Origin: Lama guanicoe
Taxonomy: Eukaryota
Direction of reading: 5' to 3'
NCBI GenBank assembly: GCA_013239625.1
Contig: MU053934.1
Location: 12,123,413-12,187,412 of the forward strand
DNA: 64,000 nt
Shown: piece after piece, positions 24,990 through 38,118 of the stretch
Numbering within the stretch: the stretch's first letter is position 1
How the letters are laid out: each line of letters begins with the position of its first letter
The notes under the pieces: generated by a model
Databases searched by the model: none
What the model was told of the DNA's origin: nothing
The model's input: only the letters and a program-made list of their open reading frames with translations
Translations under genes and position numbers: made by a program

Positions 24990-26460
24990 CCACAACAGCT
25001 GCTGGGGCAGAGCGTGCCTCCCGCGCTGCTGGCGGCGCGGCCCGGGTGACCTGCTGTCACCCACGGACGGTGCGGCACAGGCTGCAAGCACCTGGCCTGT
25101 TGCCTGGCTGTCATGAGACACACACACCCTGGGCAGCCCTGGCGCGAGGACGAGAGTCATGCGGTGCTGGCCGGAACCCAACCGGCAGCCTGGCAGCAAG
25201 TGCCGCCAGTCCCGCTGAAGCCCCCCAGCCGAGGCCGCGGGACCGGATAGGTCGCAGGGTGCCCCGCGCCACCCCCGCAGCGCAAGCCGACGCGGACGCA
25301 CGAAGGCCTAGAATAACCCCAGACAGGTGGTGACGGCGTCAGAGCCAGCCCGCGGGGGGCGAGCAAAGGCTGGGGCGCTGGGACCCCCCGTCACCCGCGG
25401 CGCGGCGGGGAGGGCCCACAGCCTTCTCCTCTTGCGGGAGGGCCGACAGGAGGCGAGTCCTCGCGTCCCGGCGCCCGCCCGAGCAAGGCAACCCGAGCAC
25501 GTGCAGCGCGCGCGGCAGCGGGCTGGCGGCCGGCAGAGTCGCGGGCGCGGCGCTCGCCTTCCCTGAGGGGCCCTCGGGCTCGGCGGTGTGCACCCCGAGC
25601 GGCCCGGCAGCCTCGCCTGGAGCTGCCGCGGGAGCAGCGCCGGTGCCCACGGGCCGGAGGCGCCTGCGCCCCGAGTCCCCTCCTCGGGGCTGCGTGGGCC
25701 CCTGGAGGGGATGGAGCTGCTGGCCAGCTGCCTTCTGTCCTTCCTGCGAACCGGCCACGCGGCCCGACGAGGGCCCGGGGGTCGGAGCGTCTGGCGGAGC
25801 CCGAAGGACCCGATGTTGGGAGGCGGCGCCGCAGGGAGGAGGTGGGCGCGCGGAGGGCGGCGGAACCGGCGGGCTGGGGGATGCGGCCCCTGCAGAGCCG
25901 CGCCTGGAGACGGGTTCTCACCCTAGTCCAGCAGCACACGAAATCCAGAACCGCTTCCCGTCAGAAAGGCCTCGGGGGGGGGGGGGCTCAGCGTCCTGAC
26001 CGGGCGGAGGGCCGGCTGCCCCGCCCTCTGGCCGCCGCTCAGAAGGGGCTGCCGTGGTGGCTTCCGCCGGACAGGAGGCTCCCGGAGGGTCCAGGGGCCG
26101 GTGGAGAGAAGGGTGCGTTTGGAAAACGAATGTGGGAGCGGATTCTGGCGCCCAGCGTTGGAGGAACGAAGCAGCCTTTTGCGGGAAGAGCTACGCTGGC
26201 GAAGGGACGGCGGCTGGACCCACGGAGGCGGCGCCTGTTTGCGCGGTGCGGGCCCAGGGCACTGCTTCCGCAGGCGAAGCAACCCGGAAACGGCCAGCCT
26301 CCGAAACAGGCCCTCTCGCGGGCAGAGCCAGGCCTCGCTGGAGAAATGGGTTAAGGCGCATAATCGTGGCCGGGAGCCCCCCGGGAGGGGCACAGGGCTT
26401 GCCACTGGGACTCCAGGGGGCAGTGGACCCCCCACTGCTCCCCGCTGCGGTGTGGGGGCC
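24990..26460. promoter_or_regulatory. Orphan intronic CpG island (about 1.5 kb) in the last TTLL8 intron
   Basis: Very high GC and CpG density by eye between AT-rich L1 blocks, with no recognisable exon. Confidence 0.75.
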
Positions 26461-26515
26461 GTGCATGTGCGGGGGTAGGGGTAGGCAGTGAGCATGTGTG
26501 TGCGCAGATGACTCC

Positions 26516-27568
26516 TGTTGGGAGACACACTTCCCTGGGTCTCTGGTGCCCTCCGACGTTCTTTCCAGGTGCACTCAGTCCATGCGAGGCCCTGACCACC
26601 TGCACCTTGGCCACTCCTCAGGGTGAGGTAATGTCTCCTTCCAGGACAAAGAGCAGGCCTCTTACTGCTTCCTGAAAAAGCAGTGGACCCCCAAACTCAG
26701 TGTCCTTCAGCGGTGACTTGGGCCCACTGTATGAGCCCCACCCATCTGGCCACAGTGCATCACCCCGCGGCACGGCCACAGATTGGCTGATGCTCACAGC
26801 TGCCACGAGTGATGGAGTCCTTCATCTCCACCCTGGAGTCACAGGTCTTCTGCCAGCATCCACGTGACAGCCATAAGCTGGGCCCACAGCTTGTAAGGAG
26901 GGGAAGGCAGCTGTCCCTGCAGTTGGCAGGGAGGATGCCTCTGGGACGCACAGCAGAGTCCAGGGCCCTGGGGGATGTGGCTGAGGTCCGTGTCGCAGGT
27001 TGGTGCTGATGATGGTCATCTTAAATGCACATGAGACAAAATGAATGGATTCGGTGCCAACCTCTGCTGGTCAGGTCAATCAGGGTGGCAGGTGAAAACT
27101 CACCAGGGGCTAAGAGGATGTGGGACGAAGGGTGGATTATTGGAAGAGACGGTCCTCCTTGGGTCTCCCAAATGGCCTACATAGTTTGTTGGGTGGGCCA
27201 AGAACCAGGTCCTGATCACCATTCTCAGCATCACGCTTGCAGTGAGCAGTCCTGGGGGATGAGGTAATGTTTCCCTCCAGAACAAGAGCAGGCTTGCTTA
27301 CTGCTTGTTAGAAGAGTGGCAGATGCCCCAGGTTCAGGGTTCCTCACCATGATGCAGACTCACCGTGTGTGGCATGCACCTGGGCCCTATCGTGTCCTTC
27401 CCACACGGCTGACACAATGTATGGATGTGCACGCTGCCTGCTGTGACACAAGTGACAGAGTCCTTCATCTCCCACCCAGGAGTCACGAGTCTTCTGCCAG
27501 CATCCACACATCAGCCATGGCTAAGCCAACCACTTGTAGGGAAGGGAAAGCACATCCCAGACTGGGCA
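26516..27568 (+). mobile_element. LTR40-like (ERVL) element with two LTRs (26516-26921, 27138-27568) and a 216-bp internal segment
   Basis: Two direct copies share tgaggtaatgt.tcc.tccag.acaa.agcaggc, cttactgctt and gtcttctgccagcatccac. Starts tgttgggagaca and tattggaagagac, CA ends, flanks actcc/acttc. Confidence 0.75.
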
Positions 27569-27729
27569 ACTTCTCTTTTTGGCTCAAAGTTATCCAGAGG
27601 AATGAAGCAGAACCATGAGATCCTGGACTCGGAGCCTGGTTCTCTGACTGGGGAGACTTTTGGAGTTGGGGGAAGTAAATGTATTTTGTTTGCAGAAGGT
27701 AAGTGAATACTGGTGACCAGGAGACTGGA

Positions 27730-28135
27730 CTGTTGTATATTTGATCACTGCTCAGAACATATTCCATCCACCTCCCCCACCCCCGCTGAGAAGCACCCTT
27801 CCTCGCCCACTGACGAGTTCGGCCAGATGTGATGTGCGCAGAAGCTCTTGTATCCCTGCGAGGTTTGACTTGCCCTCTCATGTTTATATCATCTGCTGCT
27901 TGAAGACAACGCCCTGGGGAGCCACTGGTCCCAAGTGGACGAGATACGTGGAGCAGATCAAACCCAGCCTGCAGCCCGGAGCCTGGCTCAGCCTTCCCCA
28001 GTGGAACCCAACATCGCTACAGCCGACCTGAAGACATGTGAGAAACAAATGCTTGCTGAATAAATACCTTTGAGACTGGGGAGGTGGGTATCTTTGTTAT
28101 GTAGCATTTTCGCTACAGAAACAAGACTTAAAAAA
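27730..28135 (+). mobile_element. MLT1-type (MaLR) LTR, MLT1I/J-like
   Basis: cagccgacctgaagacatgtgagaaacaaatgcttg...ttgttatgtagcatt matches an MLT1 3' end. Confidence 0.65.
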
Positions 28136-28139
28136 GATA

Positions 28140-31100
28140 GCAAAATTGACAACTGGGACAGTATAGAGTCCAAAAACAGAACAATATATATACAGTCACC
28201 TGTTTTATGAAGATGGTGCAGTTAGGAAAACACGGTGTCTTCAACATATCATGCTGAATTAGTTGAACATCCAAGTAAAAAATAATGAGTCTTGACTCCT
28301 ACATTATACCACACACTAAATCAGTTCCAGATAGAATATAGCTCTAAATGTGAAAACTGAAACAATACAATCGTAAGAAGAAAACAGGAGCAACTATTTT
28401 CACTTTGGGATACACAAAGATTTTTGCAAACAGAAAACATTAAGTGCTAATCATAAGAGAAAAACTGATATTGGAATATACTGAAATTAATAATTTATGT
28501 GCACCAAAAGATACTATGAAGAGAGTGAAAAGCAAACCATAGAAGGAAAGAAGACATTTTTAATACATATATTCACCAAAGGATTTGTATCCAGAACATA
28601 TAGAGAGCTCCTACAAGTCGACAGGAGTAGGTAACAGAAAAATTTGCCCCAATACAAAAGAGTAGTTTGCAAGCGTATGTTCAAATGGACTGTAAAAATG
28701 TGCTGAATTTCTTCAATCATCAGATAAATGCAAATTCAAGCTATCTATCTTGTGAATCCAGTATACATCTACTAGAATGGCTAAAATAAAAGGACAGACA
28801 ATCTCTAGTGTTGGCAAGAGTGTGGAGTAACTGGAAGACTGTGGTGGGATGTACAGTGGCCCAGTCACACTGGGAAATTCCTTGAGTGTCTACCAAAGCT
28901 GAATGCATAACCCAGCAATTCCATTCCTACAGAAAAGTGTATACATGTTCACCATAATCAAGAGTGTTCACAGCAGCACTATTTGTAATAGTCTGAATCA
29001 CAATGTAAATGTCTATCAGCAGTACATGTAAATAAATGGTGGTTGAGAACAAATTTTAATACCTGCAAGAAACCAAGTCTAGCCTTACATCTGACTCAAC
29101 ACCCAACCAAGTGAGGTGCATTTCAGGAATGTAAGGTTGGTTTAACATTAAAAAATCGATTGATGTTAAGTGCTAAGGGTAACTTCTTGGAAAAAGAAAA
29201 ATCTATTGATGTTATTTACCACCTTAATGTTATAAATAAAAAAAAAACATGATAATCTCATAGATGCCAAAAATGTTGTTGAGAAAATTCACTACACATT
29301 CACAATAGGAATTCTTGGTAAGGATTAGAAAGAAACCTCTTTAACATGCTAGAGTAGCTACACATTTACATCTAGGTGTCATATCCATACCTTTATTAAG
29401 ACCTACAGCAAATGTCACTATAAATGAGGAAATGTTAGAAACATTCCCTTTAAAATCAGGAATTCAATAATGTGCAAACATTGCACAGGAGGTTCTAGCT
29501 GGTACAGTAAGACAAGACATTAGGGACAACAAGATTGGAGAGGAAGATACAAAGCTACCTGCACATGATATAATTATTTACACAGAGTAATTTTATTTAG
29601 AAACTCAAAAGAAGATATGTACAAATTTTTAGAAAATGGGAGAGTTTAGAAATGTGGCAATTAGAAAACTGATATATAAAAGTCAGTTTCATTCTGTATG
29701 CCAGCAGCAAACCATGAGAACATTTACAGAGAGAGGTGACACTATGTGCAGTAGTATCTGAGTATCAAGTAACAAAAATAAATCTAGCAAAAGATGTAGA
29801 TGATTTCTGCTGGGAAAACTATAAAATTTAAATGCAACCTAAGTAAATGAAGAGATATGTCATGTTCATGGATAGAAGGATATGATTTCATTAATTTGTC
29901 CATTTCCTCCAAATTGATCTATAGATTCAATGCAAATCCAACCAAAATTTCAATAGGATTTTTGGTAGAACCTGATAAGACAATTATGACATTTAAATAG
30001 AAGAGAATGAGGCCAGGAAGGACCAAGAGCCGTGTGAAGATGAGTAGAGAGAGGCATCTTGCCCCACCAGACACGAAGACAGTGGCACTGGTGCCGGGGG
30101 TGCAGATTCACCAGTAGGATCGACTAGAGACTCCAGAAATAGACCCACACACAGACAGAGGTGGAGTATCAATCCCGGGGGACAGAAACACATTTTTCAA
30201 TAAATAACTGAAAAAATTATCTTCATGGACAAAAGTAAAATTTGACTCTTACCTCACACCGTATACAAAAATCAGCTCCAGATGGATTAGGACTTCTATG
30301 TCAAAAACAAAATTTGAAACTCTTAGTGACAAATGTAGGTAAATAATCTTTTAAACCTCAGGTAAGAAAAATTTTAAGACAAGACAGTATTGACTAAAAG
30401 AAAAAAAATGATAACTTTGGCCACATTAAAAATCAATAATTGTGTAATTAAAACACAACTAAAACTATCCAAGTAAAATCAGCCACAGCAGAACAAACAT
30501 GAAACTGTGTCATGAACCAAGAGTTATGATTAATCAGAATCTTTGCACCTGAGATTCCATGGGATGAGAAACATGAATGAATGAACAAGGTCCTGGATAG
30601 TCAATAAAATAAGGAAAAGGTATGAAAAGCATAGTGATTGCAAGGAAATGGAAAACTCAGTTGATGTAATTGTGTATGTGAAAAAACCAAAAGAGTCTTC
30701 AGATATATTAACAAAAGTGATAGAAATGATAGCCAGACAGCTGGACTTTTAAAAAAATAAGTCCACAAAAATCACTTCCCTTTCTATCAACCAGCTGCAA
30801 CTTGTAGAAGACAATTAAAATTTTGATACTATTTACATTAGAATAAAAAATAGGACATATAGAAGACTAAATCCAACAAAAAAGTGCAAGACCATTACAA
30901 AGAAAGTTCTAGTTTGTTGAAAGACATTAAAGGATTTACCTATGGAGAGATATACCATGTTCATAGATTGTAAGACTCAGTAATGTAAAGAAGTCAGTTC
31001 TCCCCACACTGATACGTAAATCAACTTGCAGCAAAAAATTTCATATGGGCCACAATGATGCTTCTAGAAGAAGAGGTCCTCACAACCTCAGCCTGAGGAC

Positions 31101-31500
31101 GCAAGCCACAAAAATCACCAACCGTAGAAGAGAAGCTTAGCCTGTTTGCGTCCATTAGAATTAAGGTGGCTTTCCATCAAAAGACACCATAAAGGAGTGA
31201 AAAGACATCACAAAGTGGGGGACAGTGTTTGCCACACAAATCAACTGAAAAAGGAGAATCCAGAATAGATGATGTCACCCCTACAGCTCATCATGATTCT
31301 AAGGACAAATGGATAAAAGACTTGGGTGGACACTTCCCAGAAGAGGAGACCTGAATGGCCAACACACGTCTGAAAATAGGTAAGACGCGTTTTATTGGTA
31401 AGCAGGAAACCGCGAGCGAGCCCCACTCTCTCTCTCCAGAGACAAAGGCCTCCGTCCACGCCGAGTATCGGCAGCAGCGGGAGCAGCGGCCCCTGGCGTG
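28140..31500 (+). mobile_element. Several old L1 ORF2/3' fragments
   Basis: Repeated L1 phrases (cccagcaattccattccta, ggttggtttaacatt, aaattgatctatagattcaatgcaa, taccatgttcatagattg) in AT-rich sequence. Confidence 0.8.
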
Positions 31501-31544
31501 ACTGGCCAACGCGCGTCCGTCTGGCCACTCCCACAGGACCCAGT

Positions 31545-31945
31545 GCTCCAGGTTTAACAGCCCCCCCGAGGTCACGTCCACTTGGAATCTATGAATGTGA
31601 TCTTATTCAGAAACAGAGTCCCTGTAGAATCAAGGCAGATGAGTCGCACTGCAGGGCAGGACCCAGTCCAACAACTGTGTCCTTTTAAGAGGGAAATCTG
31701 GGCACAGCAACACACAGAGCACCGTGTGAAGCAGGGCAGAAACTGGAGTGACCGTCTACGAGCTAAGGTATACCCAGGGTTGCCAGCGGCCCCAGGAGCT
31801 GGGAGAGACACGGAGGATTCTCCCCCGCAGCCCGAGAGCACGGCCTTGCCAGCACCTTGCCTTCGGGCTTCTGGCCTTCAGAATAAACTTCTGTGGTTTT
31901 TTAAGTCACCAAGTTTGTGGTACTTTGTTTCAGCAGCTGCTACAC
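31545..31945 (+). mobile_element. MLT1B/C-like MaLR LTR
   Basis: gaatgtgatcttattcagaaacagagtc...ggacttctggcc-like core...aataaacttctgtggtttt...gtttgtggtactttgtt. Confidence 0.8.
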
Positions 31946-32913
31946 CTCCTCAGGTTGAAGGTGGTGCGCGCTGTTGACACTCGTTGCTAGGAATATGCCC
32001 GTGGGAAGCCACATGGTGTACTATCGAAACCCCTGGAGAGGCAAGCTGCCATGCAGTAGGGCTGACGGGCCTTGGTGCCAGGTTGGACGTGGGGTGGGGA
32101 GGGAGGGCGGGCCTGGAGATGTCCTCTGAGGGCCCTGCCAGCTCTGAAGGCACATGCTCCTGGTGCCTGGCGCTGGCTCTTCTGAGGGGCAGTCCATGCA
32201 TGTGCCAATCCAGCAAACATGTACTGAGCACCTGCCCCCAAGAGCTTACAATCCAGGGGGAGACAGACAACCAGCAGACAGACCGGCAAAGAGGCTGTTA
32301 GTTCCAGGGAGAGGGAGGGAGGAAGAGAAAGAGAGAGACAGAGAGACGGACAGACACCAGGTGGGTGGAGGGAGCAGCAGGGGCAGATATTCCGGTGTGT
32401 CTGGGGAGGCGGGTGCACCTGGAGCAGAGCACGGTGGGTGTGTGGCCCTGGCTGGTGTCACTCTCTGGGCCATTGCTGGGTACCAGGCCCACTGGAAACT
32501 GAGCGGAGGGGCAGACACAGCCAGGCCACCCCTAGATACGTGGGGCAGCCCCACACCTGTCTACCTGGGCTCCGAGCACGAGCCCAGGACAGGTGCCCAG
32601 GCCACACGTGGTCAGCTCCAGCAGAAGCTTCAGAAAACTGAAGACGAGGGCCCAGTGATCACTGGCAGCCACCCATCTGTGGCACTTGGTGCTATTCAGA
32701 TCTCAAGCTCAACCCCCCACCGGCACCACACCCCACAAGGGAGGGAGATGAGGACTGCCTCCCACCCGGTCCTGTGGAGGGGACTGCTGCTCTCGGCCCC
32801 CCTGCTATCCCCACAACCTGGCCAGGCGCCCCAAACCCTCCCTCTAGAGGACACGGAGCAGGCAGCCCCAAGCAGCCCCGGGGCTCCGACAGGCACCAGC
32901 CCCGCTCTGTTAC

Positions 32914-33409
32914 CTGATGGCCTGGGTGGCAGACACTGGGCACCCTCCACTGTCTTCATGCTCGGCAGCACGGACCGCAGTGGGTGCACCTTTAATAAGT
33001 TTGGATCCCAGCGTTTGTCGGATTCGACTTTGGTGAGCCCAGTGTTCGGGGCGGTGTGGCCTAGATGCTGGAGGTGACAGGTGGGGAGCTCCATCCTGCT
33101 GCCAGGCTCGGAGAGGTCGCAGTTCACTTTAGCACTTCTCCCTGCTGGCCTGTTTAAGGGCAGAGGCAAGGTGCAAGCAAGTACCTTTTCGTCCTTCATT
33201 CTCAAGTCAGGCTGGAGAGCCGTGCATGGGGGTGCTGGAGCCAGGCCTGGCAGAGCCGAGGGGCACCTCTCCTTCAGTGGCTGAATGTCCGAGAGCGAAG
33301 ATGCAGAATCAAAGGTGGAGATGGGCGGCATCTGCCTCTTGGCTTTCCTAGTGCCCACGCCTTCCACGAAGAGGTCAGAGCCCTGGAACGGGGGCAGCTC
33401 CACAGCAGG
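32914..33409 (-). CDS. TTLL8: TTLL8 penultimate coding exon PAVELPPFQGSDLFVEGV...VEGAQCLPPRPS
   Basis: Acceptor cctccaccag|CCT, donor TCAG|gtaaca. 496 nt open frame with a phase-1 end that matches the terminal exon. Confidence 0.88.
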
Positions 33410-33829
33410 CTGGTGGAGGTGGGGGTGAGATAAGGCCTCCAAGACCAGCGCCCGCCACACTTCCCAACAGCTGGGCTGTCTGCTGGGGCCCCGCTCCAGG
33501 GAGGCCAGGGTGCGGGGTCTTGCTGCCTGGCCTGCAGGACAGCTCCACAGGGGGTGGGCCCCTGAAAAGACCCCTCCGAGGAAGAGGGAGGACACTGCAG
33601 GTCAGAAAAGGAACAGCCTAGAAGGGCCTGGAGGCCGGGAACATCCTGCCAGCCCAGGCCAGAGGCCTCCCCACCCGCCTGGTGGCCGCAGAGTTGGGGA
33701 TGGCTGGGGACCAGAGGCTGGAAGGCTGGACACCAAGGCCAGCTGGGCTGGAGAAGACCTCTGGGGTGTTGGAAGTGAGCCCACCATGAAGTGGCCGGCG
33801 GGAGAGGCACAGGCCCCCGCCACCCTCAC

Positions 33830-34265
33830 CTGTCTCCACAGCAGCTCGAAGTTGCCAATGTCACAGTTTCGGTCGACCCTGCGGTCCACCACCACCTTGA
33901 TGGTGTCCTCCTGCACCTGGGCGCAGAGCTGGGCCGTGACGGGCGTGGACGCGTGCATGGTGGGGCTGGAGTTGATCTCGATCAGCCAGGGCTTGAAGTC
34001 GCGCCCGAGGATGAAGTCGGCGCCGTACAGCTCGAAGCTGTTCTTGCGCGGCTCCACGCGGCCCTGGGCCACCCGCATGGTGTTGGTGACGGCCCGCTTC
34101 ATGGACGGGTAGATGACGCTGCTCCACACGGCCCCGCGGCCCCTCTTCTGCAGGTACTCCTGGAACCGGGTGCTGGTCCACGTGTTGTGACACGGCAGCA
34201 GGGGGCTGCGGCCCTCGTCATTTTTGAGGTGCTTCTGGATGGAGCTGTTGCACAGGTGGACGGCG
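33830..34265 (-). CDS. TTLL8: TTLL8 catalytic-core exon AVHLCNSSIQK...FELYGADF...WLIEINSSP...FELLWRQ
   Basis: TTL motifs HLCN, FELYGADF and WLIEINSSP are intact. Acceptor ccgcacag|C, donor CAG|gtgagg. 436 nt. Confidence 0.97.
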
Positions 34266-36238
34266 CTGTGCGGCAAGACCAGGGTCAGGTGCGCCAGCTG
34301 TCACTCCTCCCAGCCTGGATGAGCCCGCCCCGAGACCTCTCTGACACTCTGGGCACCTCTGAGGCAACCTCGGGACAGCCCTCCCATCCAGCCTGGGAGG
34401 CACCATGGGGGGCAGGAGAGGGCAGGGCAGAAGCCTACCAGCCCAGGACCGCGGACGAGGGGCCTCGGCAAGTGACCACCTCCCGAACCTGTTTCCGCAT
34501 GAGCCCCTGAGGGGAGAGCTGAGCCCTCCCAAGGTCAGAAAGAGTCACTGACGGAAAATTTCATTATTTCATTAATGCTCTGGCCTTGTTCTAAGCAGGA
34601 TTTAAAGTCAATACCATCTCCTAGGAGACTGTAAAACACCACACATCCTGTGAAAGTCACTTTCCCTTAGACGTGTCACTGGGCCCGCGGACCTGCCGTC
34701 TTGCTCTGGGCCGTGGGACCTGCCCCTGTGGCCACAGGTGAGTCGCACCTCCGTAGGGCAGAGAAAAGGCACAGACGCAGGCGTGTGGAAGGGCTTCAGA
34801 AACTGGTAACTGCTACTGGGGGAGCTGACACTCAGTGCTGATGCTGTAGGCCGGGCCTCGCCCGTTCAGAAACAGTTTCAGAGACTCTCCTGTCAGCCTG
34901 GGTGAGGGCTATGGTCTCAGATGGAGAAATGGCTCCAAGAGGGTTAGCGACCCACCAGGCACCTCGCTCAGGGCTTGGCAGGGCCAGGGGGCTGGGAGGG
35001 GCTCCGTGGGCTTCTCACTGCCCAGGTGGCGCCCCAGGACCCCTCCTCCTCCAGGCCCTCCTGGCCTGGTGGGGACAAATGTGCTCCTTGAGCTGCCGGC
35101 CAGGACCCCTTGGCCCAGCTCCTGCTCCTGCCAGGCATGATTCCAGGTGTGGTCACAGCCCCTTACCTGAGCACAGCTAACCCCCTCAAGGTCTCTGTTA
35201 AGCAACCTTCAGCCCTCTTGGTTCTGACTGACCCCCCTCGCCCAGGCACCCGGTCCTGCACACCATGTGATCACAGAAGCGCTCCATTTGGACAGAGAGG
35301 TGGCTAGTGGGCTCCTGTTCCCACCACACACACGCCCTGCCCAATCTGGGAACCTGGTGGGGTGCAGGTTCATCCACAACAGGGCACCCATTCTTGTAAG
35401 TCTCCCCCTGCCCAGCACTCCCCACCCCACACAGCAGTGTCCCCTGCACTCCGGCCCCCAGGCCCAGGGCCTTGGGATGGGTGCTGCCCACACTGCCCTG
35501 GCCTCTCCTGGCTCCAGTGCCTTCTGCCCTCTGATCCTGGCTGGCGTGGCTGGGGTCGTCCTCAGGACCCCTCAAGCCTGTCCCACATCCCACAGCCTGC
35601 CTCGTCGGGGGCTGCACCCCCACCCCCCTAGAAGCTCAAGCAGCCTTCCCCTCCTGCAGCCTTCCCCACCCTGGTGCCTCTGGGCTACACAGAGAAGGCC
35701 CTGCAGGGGCTACTGAGGGCTTTGAGGGGCTGGCACAGGCCAGGGTCCCTGGGGCCTCCCAAAGGTGCCCTAGCCTGTCCGGCTCCCTCCATGTGCCGAG
35801 CGGACAGAGAGAGCAGGCCAGCATGGCGGGCAGAGCAGGCACCCCGAGCTGGGCCACTCAGCCTCCCTGGCACAGGGCTGGTGGCACCCACCACAAAAGG
35901 GTCTGATCAGTGGTTGAGACCTGTCACACCAGGGCCTGGCCTGGTGCTTCACCAGCACGTGGCATACAGTGCTTTTAGGCTTTTCTGGAGACAGTACACA
36001 CCCTGTGGGGGTGCAGAGCACTGGCTTTGATGGGGAAGGGGCCCGGGCCTGCCCCTGGCCGAGGAGGTCATGTAACCTGAGCCGCAGTTTCCTCGTCTGT
36101 GCCTCACACGGTGGCGGGCGACAGCGACCCTGACCCGGCGCCCCACCGGCCACACGAGACCCGCCCCGTGCTCCAGGTGCGCCAGGGAGCCCGCCACATG
36201 CCCTGGAGCCCCGTGGTGCCCAGCTGACCCCCACTGAC

Positions 36239-36479
36239 CTGTCCAGATTGTCCAGGGAGAAGCGCCGCGTGGAGAACCGCAGGTAACTCTCCTTGTAGAA
36301 CCAGATGGTCAGGGGGTTCCAGTCGGTGACAAGGAACCACTGCCTAATGTCGAACTTGGTGTCGTAGATGAGCAGCGGCGTCTCGATGTACTTCTGCACC
36401 ACCCACTTGTCCTTGGCAGGGAGGTGGTCTGCGGCCACCAGCTCCAGGATCTCCTCCACGTGGTTCATGCACATTATAT
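36239..36479 (-). CDS. TTLL8: TTLL8 coding exon (D)[79 protein letters not shown]
   Basis: TTL core motifs VVQKYIE and KFDIRQW. Acceptor ctcttgcag|AT, donor ACAG|gtcagt. 241 nt. Confidence 0.97.
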
Positions 36480-37969
36480 CTGCAAGAGGCCACTGCTCAG
36501 CCCCAAGCCCCGAAATGGCTGCTGTCTGGGACTGGGAGGCACGGCGTCGGGGGGGGCAAGAAAGCCACGAGGCCAGCCCCCAGGGCTTCAGCCAGAATGG
36601 GGAGGGCCGGGGATGGGGACAGAGGCATTGCTAAGAGGCAGTCAGCGAGCTGTGGGCGTGGGGGGAGCAGGGGAGCAGGGGACAGGCAACTAGTGGGCGA
36701 CCTGCAATGGACAACGAGCGTGGAGACATGCACTGGCCTTGGCGGGAGCCCCCGCGATGCAGGGCAGTCTGGCTGTCCTGACCCACACGGGGTGGGGGGC
36801 ACCACCTGCAGAGGCCAGAGGCAGAGGCAGCACACGGCGCAGGGGAGCTTTCCTCACAAAACGCAAGACCAGTTTCTTCAGCGACAGTGAGTTGGGACCT
36901 CATCATCCTGAAACCAAAGTCTCAGACAAAGCAACGGACTGCGAAAGTTGTCCTGGGCCAAGAGGAGACGGGGCCACAGGGCAGCACAGCCCTGGGACAC
37001 AGGGCCGGGGGCACTGGCAGGGCACGGCAGTGACCAGCCAGGATGCAGTGCATTGGGTTTTGCACAGGGGGGTTGAGGAGTCTGTGGAGCGTCCCCAGTG
37101 TCCTGTGGGAGGAAGGTCTGGGCGGGGACAGAGCCCAGGAAGGGGCACCAGCCCGGCCCAGAAGGGTGCACGCTGAAAGAGGGCATCAGCCAGGAAAGAC
37201 AATGTTTCAGGACAGGAGATGTTTAGGACCAGAGGCAAGTTCACAAGGATTTTTTTAAAATCACATAAAAGAACCACTTAGGAATTTACAAGAACAACAG
37301 TAAAACTTGAATAACTCAAGAGGCAAACGGAGCGAAAAGTAAAGTCCACTTGGAGCCTCGGGAAAAAGAGAACACACGCAACAAGAGGACACAGGCAAGG
37401 CCGCACTGGGAGCACGTTTCCACAGCCTGGCAGCTTCCACTGCTGCATGAGGACGTTTGGAAATAAATGAGCTTAGCTCGTAAGTCAGAGCCGGGGGGAG
37501 GTTCCCTCACAGCAAAACTGAAGAACCCAGACTTAGTTGTTCAGAAGCGCTTATGAGATTAGAACATCACCTTGAAGCCCTGTGTTTTAAAAAACAGTGT
37601 TCACTGAGGACGTGGTCACCGCGGACACAGCCCACAGGGTGCTGGGCCACGCCTCCCAGGGGCCCGGGGCTCACGTACACCCAGGATGCAGGGTCCCCCG
37701 CGGCCGAGACCACAGTCCGCCCTCCACCGTAGCAGCTCGCGGTCGAGGCCACGTCCGGGGAACCCTGCAGGCCAGTCTAACTAGGCATACAGCTGGAACT
37801 CACTCACTGGTCAGCAAGCCCGCGGACACAAGCCTCAGGGGCCAGTGCTGCTGGTACACCCGTTCCCCGGGGACCCACGCGTCCCGAGCCCCAGGAGGCT
37901 GGTCCAGCCCCTCTGCTCCTGCGGCTGCTGTCTGCTGGGCGCTGGCACCCGGACGCGCTTGGGCCTTAC

Positions 37970-38118
37970 CTCGGCCCCGGGACTTGGCCGCCGGCTTTAT
38001 GATCCAGATGTTCCGAAGCCCGTCAATCTCTGTCTGCGGGTTCACAGCGGTGATTTTATTCAGCAGAGCCTGGCACTGCGAAAAGTGGTTTCTCGAATTG
38101 GAGATGAAAGCGTTGCCA
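37970..38118 (-). CDS. TTLL8: TTLL8 coding exon GNAFISNSRNHFSQCQALLNKITAVNPQTEIDGLRNIWIIKPAAKSRGR
   Basis: ATP-grasp motif WIIKPAAKSRGR. Acceptor ctttgcag|T, donor CGAG|gtaagg. 149 nt. Confidence 0.96.
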
